Below, piece by piece: positions 1 to 10,997 of a DNA stretch of 64,000 bases. A program made the position numbers and the translations under genes. Numbering within the stretch: position 1 is the first letter of the stretch; every line of letters begins with the position of its first letter. Source of the stretch: Acidobacteriota bacterium (GTDB lineage: Bacteria > Acidobacteriota > UBA6911); NCBI GenBank assembly GCA_963664705.1, contig OY761556.1, positions 3,040,001-3,104,000 on the forward strand, read 5' to 3'. Under the pieces are notes generated by a model. It ran no database searches, was not told where the DNA came from, and saw only the letters and a list, made by a program, of their open reading frames with translations.

Positions 1-1
1 C

Positions 2-520
2 GAAAACTCCATTCGGTTCTCTGTCGGAGAAGCCAATGCCGGCAGGGCCGGCGGCGATGCCGTGCTTGCGAAGCTTTCAGAGGTACTGCTTGTCGAAACG
101 TTGCGCCGCTACATTGCGCAACTGCCTCAAGAACAGACCGGATGGCTTGCCGGGGTCCGAGACCCTCATGTGGGCAAAGCCCTCGCGCTGCTTCACCGCA
201 ATCCTTCACATCCGTGGACCATTGCCACGCTCGCCCAGGCTGTTGGCGTTTCCCGATCCGTAATGGCAGAACGTTTCCGGCACTACCTGGACGATCCCCC
301 AATGTCCTATCTTACACGCTGGCGTCTTCAGCTCGGCGCGCAGATGCTGGCGGCGACGAGCCACAGCGTGGCACAAATTGCCCTGGAGGTTGGTTACGAA
401 TCCGAAGCCGCGTTCAATCGGGCTTTCAAACGGGAATATGGGTTGCCTCCTGCGCAATTTCGAACCACCGCGAAAGCTCCGGCATCCGCCAATTCAGTGG
501 TTCCACGCTCGGCGAACTAA
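2..520 (+). CDS. AraC-family transcriptional regulator (5' end outside window)
   Basis: C-terminal AraC HTH signature VAQIALEVGYESEAAFNRAFKREYGLPP; frame is open back to the window start. Confidence 0.9.
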   Translation, partial: ENSIRFSVGEANAGRAGGDAVLAKLSEVLLVETLRRYIAQLPQEQTGWLAGVRDPHVGKALALLHRNPSHPWTIATLAQAVGVSRSVMAERFRHYLDDPPMSYLTRWRLQLGAQMLAATSHSVAQIALEVGYESEAAFNRAFKREYGLPPAQFRTTAKAPASANSVVPRSAN

Positions 521-777
521 TGAATGCCAATAATCGTCACTTGCTCGTCTTGAAGCGCCAATAGCCTTTCTCTATGTCACCATTTGGAACAGCCATCTTC
601 CCGCCGCGTCCATAACTGACAGTAATACGGAGTTGCTTCTGCCGCTGGATCCCACGAAGCTGCATAATGACAAAATGCAACCAATCAATACTGCCTTCCC
701 AGCCAATTGGGAATCACTCTCGGGTTAAAGCCGGATAATTCGCTTTATAATGCATGGACGGAAGCTAGAATTGCTGA

Positions 778-1044
778 TCATTGTGTCCCTTTTTTTGTCG
801 CTTGGCGTGGAATCTTATGAAAAAGATAATCTCCAAAAGCGCAAAGACACACAACGAAACCCAATAATATAATTGCCAATTCCCCACTGGGTTCTTTTCT
901 GAGGCCGCCAGTTTTGCTCCTCACATTTTCTATTAACGGAAATCCGGCGATGAACCATTGATAAGCGCCCCAGCAAAACATCAAGATCCCGACCAGGAAC
1001 TCTAGAACAACTCTCGTCCAATTGAAAAAACGAGTGAAGGTCAT
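778..1044 (-). CDS. small two-TM membrane protein, unknown function
   Basis: 88 aa ORF with two hydrophobic segments, co-oriented downstream of the ICMT-family gene. Confidence 0.55.
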   Translation of the reverse strand: MTFTRFFNWTRVVLEFLVGILMFCWGAYQWFIAGFPLIENVRSKTGGLRKEPSGELAIILLGFVVCLCAFGDYLFHKIPRQATKKGTQ

Positions 1045-1097
1045 GGTTCATTATCTTCCATTGAGAATTGTTCAGCGGACGCCCCAATAAACGAGGC

Positions 1098-1832
1098 TCA
1101 CCAAATACCCTTTATCAGCTTCCATGTCACTCGTTCCGCATATTCCCTGTACCCCGGCAACTCCTGTTGGAGGACCCGATCCTCCAATATCGTTCGGACA
1201 ATGAACATCGCCATGAATAGTCCTGCTACGATAAAAGCCCAATCTGATCCAAACAGAAGAGGAACCCCTAATGTCCGCAGGGCCCAAAATGCATAGCCGG
1301 GGTGGCGTACGAACTGGTAAGGCCCCGCATCGATAACCTGATGGCCGCGATCCTGCTGTATCCGGATGAATGAGGAAAAAAAACGGTTGGACTTCATGGC
1401 CCATATCAGGCCCAGTGTTCCGAGGAGTATGAGTCCAACGCCGAGCAGATGCTTCCAAACGGGCTGCGATGGCGTCCAATTCCAACGATGATCCAGACCG
1501 GGAACAATGAGTTCGGCTAGGGTGAACAGCCCCACCAGGGAAACAAAGTATCTATCCCATGGCTTCGCTCCCGGCTTCGGAGCCATGCGTTCCTCTATGA
1601 GTCCCTCATCGAGACGAAATGGGCCCCATAATGGTAAAAGCGTACTGAGGAAAAGTATCACCAGGTAGGCCCATCCTGGCCACCAGGACAAGTCTCCTGC
1701 CGAAGCAAAAAGCATGACGCCGATGATGGATTCCACTGCCAGTGATCGAGTTGTTGCACGCGCTAAAAGGGTCAAAGCAGCCTCGCAGATTCTGATTATT
1801 CCGTTGCCGAACATCAGATTAGGCGCTATCAC
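1098..1832 (-). CDS. isoprenylcysteine carboxyl methyltransferase (ICMT/PEMT) family membrane protein; start uncertain
   Basis: HQVIDAGPYQFVRHPGY and EDRVLQQELPGYREY motifs; multiple TM segments. Confidence 0.85.
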   Translation of the reverse strand: MIAPNLMFGNGIIRICEAALTLLARATTRSLAVESIIGVMLFASAGDLSWWPGWAYLVILFLSTLLPLWGPFRLDEGLIEERMAPKPGAKPWDRYFVSLVGLFTLAELIVPGLDHRWNWTPSQPVWKHLLGVGLILLGTLGLIWAMKSNRFFSSFIRIQQDRGHQVIDAGPYQFVRHPGYAFWALRTLGVPLLFGSDWAFIVAGLFMAMFIVRTILEDRVLQQELPGYREYAERVTWKLIKGIW

Positions 1833-2041
1833 TCAGAGATCGCAAGGATAGAATTTGATTTCTTTAATGTCAGGTCGTACGGCCTGGTATTTCCAGGAAT
1901 GGCTGCAACCGGATGGATTCAACCCTGTTGTTCTGCGCCACTAAACTTCATAGAATAAAAAGACTTGTATACCTGGAACGGGAACTTACTGGATAGCTTG
2001 GCCAGGGTATTCCATTACGTGGCCCCAAAGGAGGAGATCCG

Positions 2042-3523
2042 TTGAGACGTCTCACAAAAATGCTAACGGGGATTGCAGTCCTGTGTATCGCACTCGGCTT
2101 TACGCCGTGTGAGTCCGAAGAGAATCGCGCGCAGACACCCGGTGATGAAACGGCAGACGTTGTCATCGTAGGCGCGGGCGTATCCGGTGAAACTGCGGCC
2201 CTCGAGCTGAAAGCACTGAATCCCAACCTTAAATTGGTGCTGCTGGAAAAACAGGCCACGACAGGTGGATCCCTCCGCTATTCCAGCGGCTATGTCGGTA
2301 CGAGTTCGAAGCTTTCCAGAAAATCATTCAACACGAATACGGTCGATGATGTGCTTGCCTTCCTGGACGATTACATTGGCAAAGACAACGTCAACCACCC
2401 CTTCGTACGCAAGCTCTATAATCTGGCGGAATATGTCACCGACAATTTCATCTCCTGGGGCGTCGATTTCGACGGAGCCAATGCAACGCGGGCACAGGAT
2501 CCACAGCAGGAAAGATGGACCCGCGAAGGAAGGCATCTGTGGTATTACATCCCCGCGGGAAGAACAAATTCCATAGCTAATGCACTGGAAGATCAGCTCC
2601 GGAAGCGGCAGGTGGATCTGCGACTCAACACTCAGGTGATGGAACTGCTCATTGCAGACGGAAAAGTCCTGGGAGTGAGGGTTCAGGCCAAAGACAAAAG
2701 CTACTCCATCGACGCGAAAGCAGTCCTTGTCGCTACCGGAGGGTTTTCCAGCAAGGGGGATCTCGTTAAGAAGATGACCGCAGGGATGTATAAGAACGTC
2801 CCGACCGGACCGAATCCCTACTCCTCGAACCCTGGCGCAACAGGCGATGTTTTTGGCTTTGTGGAAAAACTTGGCGTACCGACAATCGGGACCGGAGTCA
2901 TGGCTTACGCGGGATCGCCGGGCGGCGGGTCCATTCCATCGCGGTTCTATGTCAACCAGGATGGCAAACGCTACATGGATGAGTATTCCTGGGGCTATAA
3001 CATCACGTTCCAGACTCAAAAGAACACGACGAATTGTTACCGGCTACTTGATACCGCCGTGCTCAACGGGCAGTCTGACAGCACAAAGGCAAGCGTCGCC
3101 GCAAAGGTGAAAGCAGGAACCGCCTCTAAATATGACACGATCGATGAGCTTGCCAGCGGGCTCGGCATCAACGCAGCCCAATTGAAGCGAACCATCGCCG
3201 CCTACAATGCGGCCGTTGACGCGGGTCAGAGCCCGGAGTTCGGCTTACCGGTGAAAAATGCAACCCCGATCAAAAATGGGCCTTTTTATGCCGAACAGAT
3301 TGCCTACACAACGGCCGGCTCTCTTGTCTCCATCAGGACCGATAACGATGCCAGGGTCGTCAACCGCAATCTTCAGCCCATTCCCGGTCTCTATGCCAGC
3401 GGCGAGTGTGCCATCTCCAACCAGTTCTGGGGCGGACTCTACGCAGGCAGCGGCTTCGGCGTTGGCTCTTCGGCCTATAACGGTGTACTTGCAGCCCGCA
3501 CTATCGTGAGTGATTTGAAATAG
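2042..3523 (+). CDS. exported FAD-dependent oxidoreductase, flavocytochrome c/fumarate reductase flavoprotein superfamily
   Basis: signal-peptide-like N-terminus; DVVIVGAGVSG Rossmann motif, VLVATGGF, PIPGLYASGE; AGGAG SD before TTG. Confidence 0.85.
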   Translation: MRRLTKMLTGIAVLCIALGFTPCESEENRAQTPGDETADVVIVGAGVSGETAALELKALNPNLKLVLLEKQATTGGSLRYSSGYVGTSSKLSRKSFNTNTVDDVLAFLDDYIGKDNVNHPFVRKLYNLAEYVTDNFISWGVDFDGANATRAQDPQQERWTREGRHLWYYIPAGRTNSIANALEDQLRKRQVDLRLNTQVMELLIADGKVLGVRVQAKDKSYSIDAKAVLVATGGFSSKGDLVKKMTAGMYKNVPTGPNPYSSNPGATGDVFGFVEKLGVPTIGTGVMAYAGSPGGGSIPSRFYVNQDGKRYMDEYSWGYNITFQTQKNTTNCYRLLDTAVLNGQSDSTKASVAAKVKAGTASKYDTIDELASGLGINAAQLKRTIAAYNAAVDAGQSPEFGLPVKNATPIKNGPFYAEQIAYTTAGSLVSIRTDNDARVVNRNLQPIPGLYASGECAISNQFWGGLYAGSGFGVGSSAYNGVLAARTIVSDLK

Positions 3524-3622
3524 GTTCCTCGCCACTGCGTTTGCTAACGGTTGGATTTCCGACGGGATGAACAGAGAAGAACCAAGGCGTTCTCCTGGAT
3601 TACGGAGGTCAGGAAGGTGGAA

Positions 3623-4999
3623 ATGATGGCGCCAACAACCGAGGTCCAGAAGGTCCCGAATGCGGCAGCTTTTTGTGATGAAATCAAATTCAATCGCTTT
3701 CACGGCCTTCTCACTGTTCTGGGGATACTTACGCTTTTCTTCGACGGATACGATTCACAGGTTCTTTCCTACATATTGCCTGAGGTTATCAAAGAGTGGA
3801 GACTTAGTCCGGTCGAGGCCGGGTCGCTGGCATCCTACGGACTGCTCGGTCTTATGATTGGAACGGCCGGGATCGGGATGCTTTCCGACAGAATCGGAAG
3901 AAAGATCCCGCTCATGATCGGCCTTGCCCTGTTCTCGTTCTTCTGCGGTGCGCTATACTGGGCGCCTGATTTCAAGACCTTCTGCGTATTGCGCTTCATG
4001 TCCGGCCTGGGCATCGGGGGAGTGCTGACCCTGATCATCACAATAGCCACCGAATTCTCGCCCGCTGCCATCCGTGCGCGAATGGTTGCAGGAATGATGG
4101 CGGGATTCATGATTGGACCTGCGATCGCGGGATGGCTTTCCATGGCAATGGTTCCCACCTACGGCTGGCGCAGTGTGCTGCTGGTTTCTTTCTTGCCACT
4201 ACTGCTGCTGCCTCTGATCTATTTTTTTATGCCGGAATCCATTCGCTTTCTCGCTCAAAAAGGAGAGACGGAAAAGGCCATCGAAGTGCTGCGGAGAATT
4301 GAGCGCGCGGCAGGTGCTCAGCCGGCCAACTGGTCCAGGGAAAGCTTTTCCCTGGGCGCATCCTCGAGCGCCGGCGTCCGGCAACTTTTTGCGTCAAGAT
4401 TGGCCATCATGACCATGCTTGTCTGGCTGGTGTACTTCGGGAATCTGCTGGTTATCTACGGCCTCACGACCTGGTTACCGACACTGCTGGTGAGTGCCGG
4501 GATTCCGCTGGTGCGGAGTTTTGGGTATACATCCCTGAACCATCTTGGCGGAGCCGTTGGTACCGTGGCTATCGGCATCACCATGGACCGCTTTGGCAGA
4601 AAACCGGGACTTGTACTTTCCTATGTGTTTGCTGCCGTCAGCATCTGGCTTTTCGCCCGGTTTATTGGGAATAATGCCGGCCTTTACATCATTGGAATGA
4701 CGGCCGGCTTTTTTGTAAATGGTGCGCTCTCCGCGCAACATGCCGTCACTGCAGAAATATATCCAACCGCCATCCGGTCCACCGGAGTTGGGTGGGCTTT
4801 GACCATCGGCAGATTCGGAGCAATTTGCGGTCCCTTGCTGGGAGGCTATTTTCAGGCGCGCGGTTTTTCTTTGCAGCAATATTTCGATATGTTTGCCCTT
4901 CCGTGCCTGGTCTGCGCAGCTCTTGTGTATTTCTATCGGGTGAACGTAAAGGGCGAGACTCTCGAGAGCGTTGCCCGGCATTTATCTGGTGCGCGCTAG
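3623..4999 (+). CDS. MFS transporter, aromatic acid:H+ symporter-like
   Basis: FDGYD in TM1, GMLSDRIGRK and MDRFGRK MFS motif A, EIYPTAIRSTGVG. Confidence 0.9.
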   Translation: MMAPTTEVQKVPNAAAFCDEIKFNRFHGLLTVLGILTLFFDGYDSQVLSYILPEVIKEWRLSPVEAGSLASYGLLGLMIGTAGIGMLSDRIGRKIPLMIGLALFSFFCGALYWAPDFKTFCVLRFMSGLGIGGVLTLIITIATEFSPAAIRARMVAGMMAGFMIGPAIAGWLSMAMVPTYGWRSVLLVSFLPLLLLPLIYFFMPESIRFLAQKGETEKAIEVLRRIERAAGAQPANWSRESFSLGASSSAGVRQLFASRLAIMTMLVWLVYFGNLLVIYGLTTWLPTLLVSAGIPLVRSFGYTSLNHLGGAVGTVAIGITMDRFGRKPGLVLSYVFAAVSIWLFARFIGNNAGLYIIGMTAGFFVNGALSAQHAVTAEIYPTAIRSTGVGWALTIGRFGAICGPLLGGYFQARGFSLQQYFDMFALPCLVCAALVYFYRVNVKGETLESVARHLSGAR

Positions 5000-5147
5000 G
5001 ACCTCTTAACAACGGCGGCGTCTCATTAGCAGACGCCTTCCAGATTGTAAACGGATTCGCATACCATACTCCTTGCCTTTAGCCAGTGACGTATTTCATA
5101 TTCTTGGTTGTTATCGATTCCAGAACCAACCCGAGAAGGAGGAAATC

Positions 5148-5681
5148 GTGGACAGAAAAGAATTCCTCAAGGACATTTGCAGCTTTGGTATATGCGGATG
5201 CGTTTTAAGTCTCTCCGGGGATAAAGAGTCGCTGCATGCCGAGGATGCCGCCATGGATCAGAGACTCATTTTTGCCCGCTATCAGCTATCCAAGCTGGTA
5301 AGCTTCATGGCTGCAGATACGACATCGGCTTCCGCTGTTGGGCTCCTGCAAAAGACCGGTCGTGAATGTGCCAAGCTGGGCAAGCTTCACGCAAATTTCA
5401 TAAATAATCCCGAAGGCTACTTTGCTGCCGCCAGGAAAAACTGGGGCACAGACTTCGTGTGGGACAAAGACAAAAGCATGATCACAGTGATGGTGGCCGA
5501 GGGCCCATGCGGCTGTCCATTGGTTGACCCCAAGCGAACACCCGCATTTTGGTGCAACTGCTCGGCAGGGTATCAAAGGGAAACCTTCGAAACCATTTTC
5601 GGGAAACCGGTCCATGTTTCGCTCAAAGACTCCAAGCTCAACGGCAGCAAACGGTGCATTTTTGAAATCAGGTTGACCTAG
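5148..5681 (+). CDS. Cys-rich hypothetical protein with Tat-like N-terminus
   Basis: AGGAGG SD before GTG; MDRKEFLK; GRECA, CGCPLV, WCNCSAG and SKRCIF motifs suggest a 4VR-like metal-binding fold. Confidence 0.7.
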   Translation: MDRKEFLKDICSFGICGCVLSLSGDKESLHAEDAAMDQRLIFARYQLSKLVSFMAADTTSASAVGLLQKTGRECAKLGKLHANFINNPEGYFAAARKNWGTDFVWDKDKSMITVMVAEGPCGCPLVDPKRTPAFWCNCSAGYQRETFETIFGKPVHVSLKDSKLNGSKRCIFEIRLT

Positions 5682-5873
5682 TACGATGGCCAAGAGGAAA
5701 GGCTTTGCTTAATATAGGGCACGGGAGCGAGGCGATCCGTCTCCTGAAAGAGGTGTTACGCGATCACCCGGATCATCATGCTGCAAAAACAACCCTGACA
5801 ATTGCGTTGAAGCGCCAAGGTTCGAAGTAAGGCGAGTTATCCTGCCGTTTCCAACGACTCAATTCGGCCACAA

Positions 5874-6662
5874 TCAACGGGCTGCATGTTTTGCGGAAGC
5901 GTTTCTCGAATCTGGGTGGATTTTCTCGAGGACGAACGCAAGCCGAACAGGCTTTCCCTCAAGCACCCACTGTTTCTGGACTGTAAGCACACGAAAACCT
6001 GACATACGCGCCATCAGCCGGATCTCCGCTTCTGTATAATGGCGTTCCCGCACTTGTACGAGGCGCTTTTTGTAAAGGCGTCCACTCGGGATAAACCAGA
6101 GTTGTTGGAACTCAACAATCCCGCTTTTCGGATCATAGCGATTGGAGGACTTCATGTAGTTCTTTCCAATGGTGTATAGCGTTTCCCGCTCGTGCAGCCA
6201 TCGGAACCAATGCGCGGTGCTGATGTCAAAGAGGAATAATCCGCCGGGACGCAAAATGCCGGCAACACGATGGAAAACCTCCTGCAATTCTCTCGGCGAC
6301 AGCACGTGATTGAGCGCATCAAAATGGCAGGTAGCAACATCCGCCCGCACATCGAGCCGCAATTTTCGTATATCCTGGCAGAACCAGCGTACTCGGTCAG
6401 ATTTCCTGCGGGCTTGCCGCAGCATGGCGGGAGAGGCATCGACTCCAAGGACAGACCATCCGGCTCTGCGAGTCCAGGGAATAGTAGCATTCCCGGTTCC
6501 ACACATCAGATCGACCAGCGTCCGAATTTTCAGTCTGCGTTCTGTAATGGTTTGCAGAAGCAGTTGTCTCCAATACCGATAGAATTTTTGGAGTTCGGGG
6601 TCCGCCGCCAGCTCATCATAGACCTCCGCAAGGTCTTTATACGGATCGTCCTCTGCATGCAT
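5874..6662 (-). CDS. class I SAM-dependent methyltransferase
   Basis: VDLMCGTG motif I, GVDASPAML, LRPGGLFLFD. Confidence 0.9.
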   Translation of the reverse strand: MHAEDDPYKDLAEVYDELAADPELQKFYRYWRQLLLQTITERRLKIRTLVDLMCGTGNATIPWTRRAGWSVLGVDASPAMLRQARRKSDRVRWFCQDIRKLRLDVRADVATCHFDALNHVLSPRELQEVFHRVAGILRPGGLFLFDISTAHWFRWLHERETLYTIGKNYMKSSNRYDPKSGIVEFQQLWFIPSGRLYKKRLVQVRERHYTEAEIRLMARMSGFRVLTVQKQWVLEGKPVRLAFVLEKIHPDSRNASAKHAAR

Positions 6663-6935
6663 TTGATTGCTCCGTGAGGTTGCATCTCATGGGATTCCGC
6701 CGCACTCGAATGCTTGAAGCTGGAACGAATGGTAAACCAAAAGCAACCCATTATGGCAGGAAATATTCCGATCGGCACTATCGGCAGGATTGAGAAGGAT
6801 TGGCGCCTGGTATCTGTTGGTCGGCTTTGCCATCCTTCACGGCACGGGTGAAATCAATTTGTTCTTGCAAAATGAGAGTTGTGAGCTCAATGTATTGCGG
6901 TTTTTGATCAACAACCCCATTTATGGAGGTGTTCC

Positions 6936-7184
6936 ATGACAAAGCACATCGACTTCGACAACCTCCCCTCCTTTCGAAATCTCTAGCAAACGGAGGAAGG
7001 GGATATCCCTCCGAAACCAAAGTTCGTCGCGGCGAGAGAACTGTCCACCTCGAAAAAGAACTGCATGAAAAACTCGGTCGCAATGATCTATGCCCATGCG
7101 GATCCGGGCATCGGTTTCAAACAATGTTGTTTGCGATCGGGTCATTTCGACGGAAGCAATCGAAATCACTATTCAAGAGATTAG
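6936..7184 (+). pseudogene. SEC-C motif small protein split across three frames (pseudogene or programmed frameshifting)
   Basis: GGAGGT SD then ATG 6936; KLGRNDLCPCGSG in one frame and the expected (F)KQCC in the +1 frame after TTT-C at 7115-7118. Confidence 0.6.
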
Positions 7185-7226
7185 CGGCAAAATGCCAAGC
7201 GCCCTGATTCGTTTCGTGGATTGATA

Positions 7227-7257
7227 GGCTGCCGGTCGCTTATTGGCACCGGCAGCC
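7227..7257. terminator. GC-rich hairpin between convergent genes
   Basis: GGCTGCCGGT-N11-ACCGGCAGCC, perfect 10-bp stem. Confidence 0.6.
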
Positions 7258-7295
7258 AGGACCAGAAGTATCTATAGAGTGCGGGAGACCTTAAC

Positions 7296-8054
7296 CTAAT
7301 GAAGCGAAACGCCTCCATCGTGCACGATTAACTGTCCGGTGATCATCCGGCTGTCATCGCTGGCGAGAAAAAGCGCCACTCCGACGAGATCCTCAGGATA
7401 GGCCGGCTTCTTCAGGCAGCGCACAGCCATCTGCAATTCGTCAAGAGGAGCAGGCGGGAACTTCTTATTCCGATCGAATTCATCCCCTCCCTCCGAGTGG
7501 GTGAAGCCGGGGGCGATTGCATTTACATTGATATTGTATTCGCCGAGTTCGCGGGCCATTCCGCGCGTAAAGGCCATAATGGCACCTTTGGAGGAAATGT
7601 AATGCGGCATGCCCGCGACTCCTTCGAAAATGGTTCCCGAGGAGATGTTGATGATCTTCCCACCCTTGTCTTTCATGTGGGGAAAGACTGCCTTCACGCA
7701 CTGAAAGGGGCCCAGAGTGTTGACTTCCATAACCCGCATCCATTCCTCGCGGGTTACTTCCATGAAAGGTTTTATGGTTACCAGCAATCCCGCATTGTTC
7801 ACAAGAATATCAACGGCGCCAAATCGATCCATGGCGGTCTTCACCATGGCGTCACATTGTTCCTGCTGGCTCACATCGGTTTTAATATAAAGGGCCTGGC
7901 TTCCAGCCTTCTCAATGGCGGAAACGGTATCTGTCCCATCTGCGATATCCGCGACAACGACTCTCGCCCCTTCTTTCGCAAATCCGACTGCAAATGCAGC
8001 GCCGATTCCACGGGCCGCCCCTGTTATGATCGCAACCTTATCTTTAAGTCTCAC
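7296..8054 (-). CDS. SDR family NAD(P)-dependent oxidoreductase
   Basis: TGAARGIG, NNAG and catalytic YISSK (YxxxK); AGGAG SD before GTG. Confidence 0.92.
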   Translation of the reverse strand: MRLKDKVAIITGAARGIGAAFAVGFAKEGARVVVADIADGTDTVSAIEKAGSQALYIKTDVSQQEQCDAMVKTAMDRFGAVDILVNNAGLLVTIKPFMEVTREEWMRVMEVNTLGPFQCVKAVFPHMKDKGGKIINISSGTIFEGVAGMPHYISSKGAIMAFTRGMARELGEYNINVNAIAPGFTHSEGGDEFDRNKKFPPAPLDELQMAVRCLKKPAYPEDLVGVALFLASDDSRMITGQLIVHDGGVSLH

Positions 8055-8283
8055 CGCAGGCTCCTTTCGCAAGCACGAAAGGCTATCATACAGAATTTCT
8101 CAAATGCTCCCCAGGACTTATTCGACAGACAAATTCCGCGGCGGGCAGGAGGCAGTATTCGCCCCGGGGTGTCATGATTCCGCGATTGGTCATTGCCGCA
8201 ATTTGGCCGATAACAGCGCAGCAAACAGGAAACGGCACTCAGGACCCGTCTTCCTGCATCCGGCGCGCATGCCCACATTGCGG

Positions 8284-10380
8284 TCAAAGTCTCACATAAC
8301 CACCGGATGCATTGGTCCGCTGGAATGCGCCAACCATTGCCTTCATTTCCTCGGCCTGTCCGGAAAGTTTCTCTGCCGCATCGGCAGATTCCTCTGCGTT
8401 GCCAGCTACCTGCTGCGTCACCTGATTCATTTGTTCAACCGCCGTATTGACCTGTTCCACCCCCTGGCTCTGTTGCTCGGATGCGAGAGCGATCTCATTC
8501 ATTACAGCGCTGACCTTGTTCACCTGACGGTTGATCTCCGTCAGGTTATTCATTACCTCCTGGTTAATCGAAACTCCGCCTTCAGCGTTCCGGACGGATT
8601 CCGCAATCATGTTAGCTGTGTTTTTGGCGGCTTCAGCACTGCGCATGGCAAGGTTTCGCACTTCTTCGGCAACCACGGCAAATCCTTTTCCCGCATCGCC
8701 CGCACGCGCCGCTTCAACCGCAGCATTCAGCGCGAGCAGGTTGGTCTGGAATGCGATTTCGTCAATCGTCCGGACAATCCTGGCCGTCGAATCGGAAGAC
8801 GATTTGATCTTGTCAATCGAGTCGGAAAGTCGCTTCATGCTTTCCACACCCCTGCCCGCAGTGGACAGGGCGCCCTCCGCGAGATTGCGTGCTTCTTTTG
8901 CATTTTCCGCATTCCGCTTTGTCATTGAAGCCATTTCATGCAGGCTGCTCGACACCTCTTCCAGCGAACTTGCCTGTTCCGAAGCACCCTGCGAGAGGGA
9001 CTGACTGTCTGAAGAGATCTGGCTGGAGGCGGAGGCTACCTGTTCGGCCGCAAGCCCTGACTGGGTCAGCGCTTCATCCAGATTTGTGATCAGGGTGTTT
9101 ATGTTTTTCTTCATTGTCTCGAAATCACCCTGGTAATCGCGTTTGACCCGCGCAGTCAGGTCCTTGTTGGCAGCGGCGAGAAGGGCTGCGCCACCATCTT
9201 CTTCAATGAGGGAGCGCAGGGTATCGATGCACCGGTTCAGGCTATTCTTGATATTGTTGAAATCGCCATTATAGTCCTTAGTGATTTTCGGAGGGATGGC
9301 TCCTTTGCTGATGCGCGCGATGTAATCGGATGCCATCTGTAATGGCTCCACCACCGCATCCAGAGTCGCATTGAAGCCCGACACCATGGTGCGATATCCG
9401 CCTTCAAACTGTTCTGCTTTGCCGCGATGGGCCAGGTTGCCTTCCCGGGCGCTTCGGATCATTCCATTTATCTCATCCGTCACTTTGCGAAGATTAGCCA
9501 AGGCGGCTTCAAAGGAGGCGACAGTGCCTTGCGTCCTGAAGATGATGCCATCGACACTCCGAGCCAGGTCGCCGATTTCATCTTTGGTATCAATGTCGAG
9601 CGGTTCAGTGCCGGTGACAACCTTGATATCGAGATCGCCGCGGGCCATTGCCTCCGTCGCTTTTCCAAGGTTGGAAATGCAGATGTTTTGCAGCTTTTCG
9701 GCACGGGAGGCAACCTGTTTGATCGGGTTTGATATTTTGCGGGATGTCCAGAGTCCACATGCGACAGCAAGCCCAATGCCGATTCCAATAATTGCCACGG
9801 ACAGTTGTCTTCCATTGCCGGCGATAGCGGCATTATGTTCGGATGCAGCTTTGGCCTGGAAGGTGTTTTCATCAACAAGATTATCAATTGCCGCTACAAT
9901 TGTATCTGCGGATTGAAGGAATGGGCCTCGCATGAATGCCAGCGCTTCCTTTTTATTGCCGGCTTGCAGCATCTTTGCAAACTTCTCAAAATCCTCCGTA
10001 TACTTTTGCATGCCCAATGAGAGTCGGTCGAAGGTCTCTCTTTCGCTTTTTCTGACGACGACAGGGCGATGCTCCTTAATGAATGCGTTGATGCTGCTTA
10101 TCAGTTCCCGCACGCCTGCAAGTTTCAAATCTCTATCGCTGGAATCCTCAGCCAGAAGCGCATCCCGAACATTTACTCGCAGCAACTGCATCGTCTTGGC
10201 TGATTCTGCGGCTTTGCCCAACGGCAATACATTCGCTTGATACATGGCCATGTCGGCTTTGCTCAACGTTTCCAGCTGGAGTATGCCGAAACATCCAACC
10301 GCGCCCGCCGCCAGCGCCAATAAGGTTGCGAAGCAGATCAGTTTGGAGGTGATTTTCATGTCATAATACCACTTCAACAT
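8284..10380 (-). CDS. methyl-accepting chemotaxis protein (4HB sensor, HAMP, MCP signal domain)
   Basis: [37 protein letters not shown] hairpin; two TMs; AGGAG SD. Confidence 0.95.
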   Translation of the reverse strand: MLKWYYDMKITSKLICFATLLALAAGAVGCFGILQLETLSKADMAMYQANVLPLGKAAESAKTMQLLRVNVRDALLAEDSSDRDLKLAGVRELISSINAFIKEHRPVVVRKSERETFDRLSLGMQKYTEDFEKFAKMLQAGNKKEALAFMRGPFLQSADTIVAAIDNLVDENTFQAKAASEHNAAIAGNGRQLSVAIIGIGIGLAVACGLWTSRKISNPIKQVASRAEKLQNICISNLGKATEAMARGDLDIKVVTGTEPLDIDTKDEIGDLARSVDGIIFRTQGTVASFEAALANLRKVTDEINGMIRSAREGNLAHRGKAEQFEGGYRTMVSGFNATLDAVVEPLQMASDYIARISKGAIPPKITKDYNGDFNNIKNSLNRCIDTLRSLIEEDGGAALLAAANKDLTARVKRDYQGDFETMKKNINTLITNLDEALTQSGLAAEQVASASSQISSDSQSLSQGASEQASSLEEVSSSLHEMASMTKRNAENAKEARNLAEGALSTAGRGVESMKRLSDSIDKIKSSSDSTARIVRTIDEIAFQTNLLALNAAVEAARAGDAGKGFAVVAEEVRNLAMRSAEAAKNTANMIAESVRNAEGGVSINQEVMNNLTEINRQVNKVSAVMNEIALASEQQSQGVEQVNTAVEQMNQVTQQVAGNAEESADAAEKLSGQAEEMKAMVGAFQRTNASGGYVRL

Positions 10381-10997
10381 TGCTATCTCCTGTTGCCTGC
10401 TTGTTGCCAGGTTTCTGCTTTCGGCTTCCGCCGTAAACATGGCGCGGACCTTCTGCATTGATAACACGCAGTTCCTATCCAGAAGCATCCTGGCTTGCCC
10501 TGTAATTCAACTGATCCCGGGGTTTATGCCCTCCCCGCTGCAAATAATGCCGGCATAAATAAAAATAGGCGCAGCAGGCAATCTCTGAATTGCCCACTGC
10601 GCCTTCAACTTGCAGACCTTATTGCCTACACGCCAAGACACTATAATTACAGTATTCTTAAATGCATACAGCAGGGAGTTTCGTCCCGAATGCTACATTC
10701 ATTATCGGCGATAGGATATTGCCCCCTTAATGAAGAAATGCATTTACATAGCATTTTGCCCAATTTAACCGCATGTCTCTTTGGAACTTGAGACAATAAT
10801 CGGAATCCTCGCAGCCAGCCTCATCCTCGGCGGGAATCGTGGTCATACGCCGTAAATCTTCTCGGCTGTTTTTCCCGGCAACCGATTTTCCTATTGGAAT
10901 GGAAAAATTGGGTAATGAATCCATCTTCTGGTGGTTTTTTGAAGGTTTTGTCGCGTTTAGGAATGAACGGAATTCCAAAGCATCCAGGAGGTCAGTT

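Noticed and set aside
718-740. TTATCCGGCTTTAACCCG (minus strand), resembling the FSGFT leader core
   Set aside because: Reads LSGFNP with no UGA, has an in-frame stop just upstream and lacks the downstream arm.
5695-5830. TPR-like fragment GKALLNIG...EAIRLLKEVLRDHPDH
   Set aside because: No start codon or SD in frame; at most a short gene remnant.
10381-10570. Possible c-di-GMP riboswitch upstream of the MCP gene
   Set aside because: Hairpins are present but I could not match the consensus of either riboswitch class.
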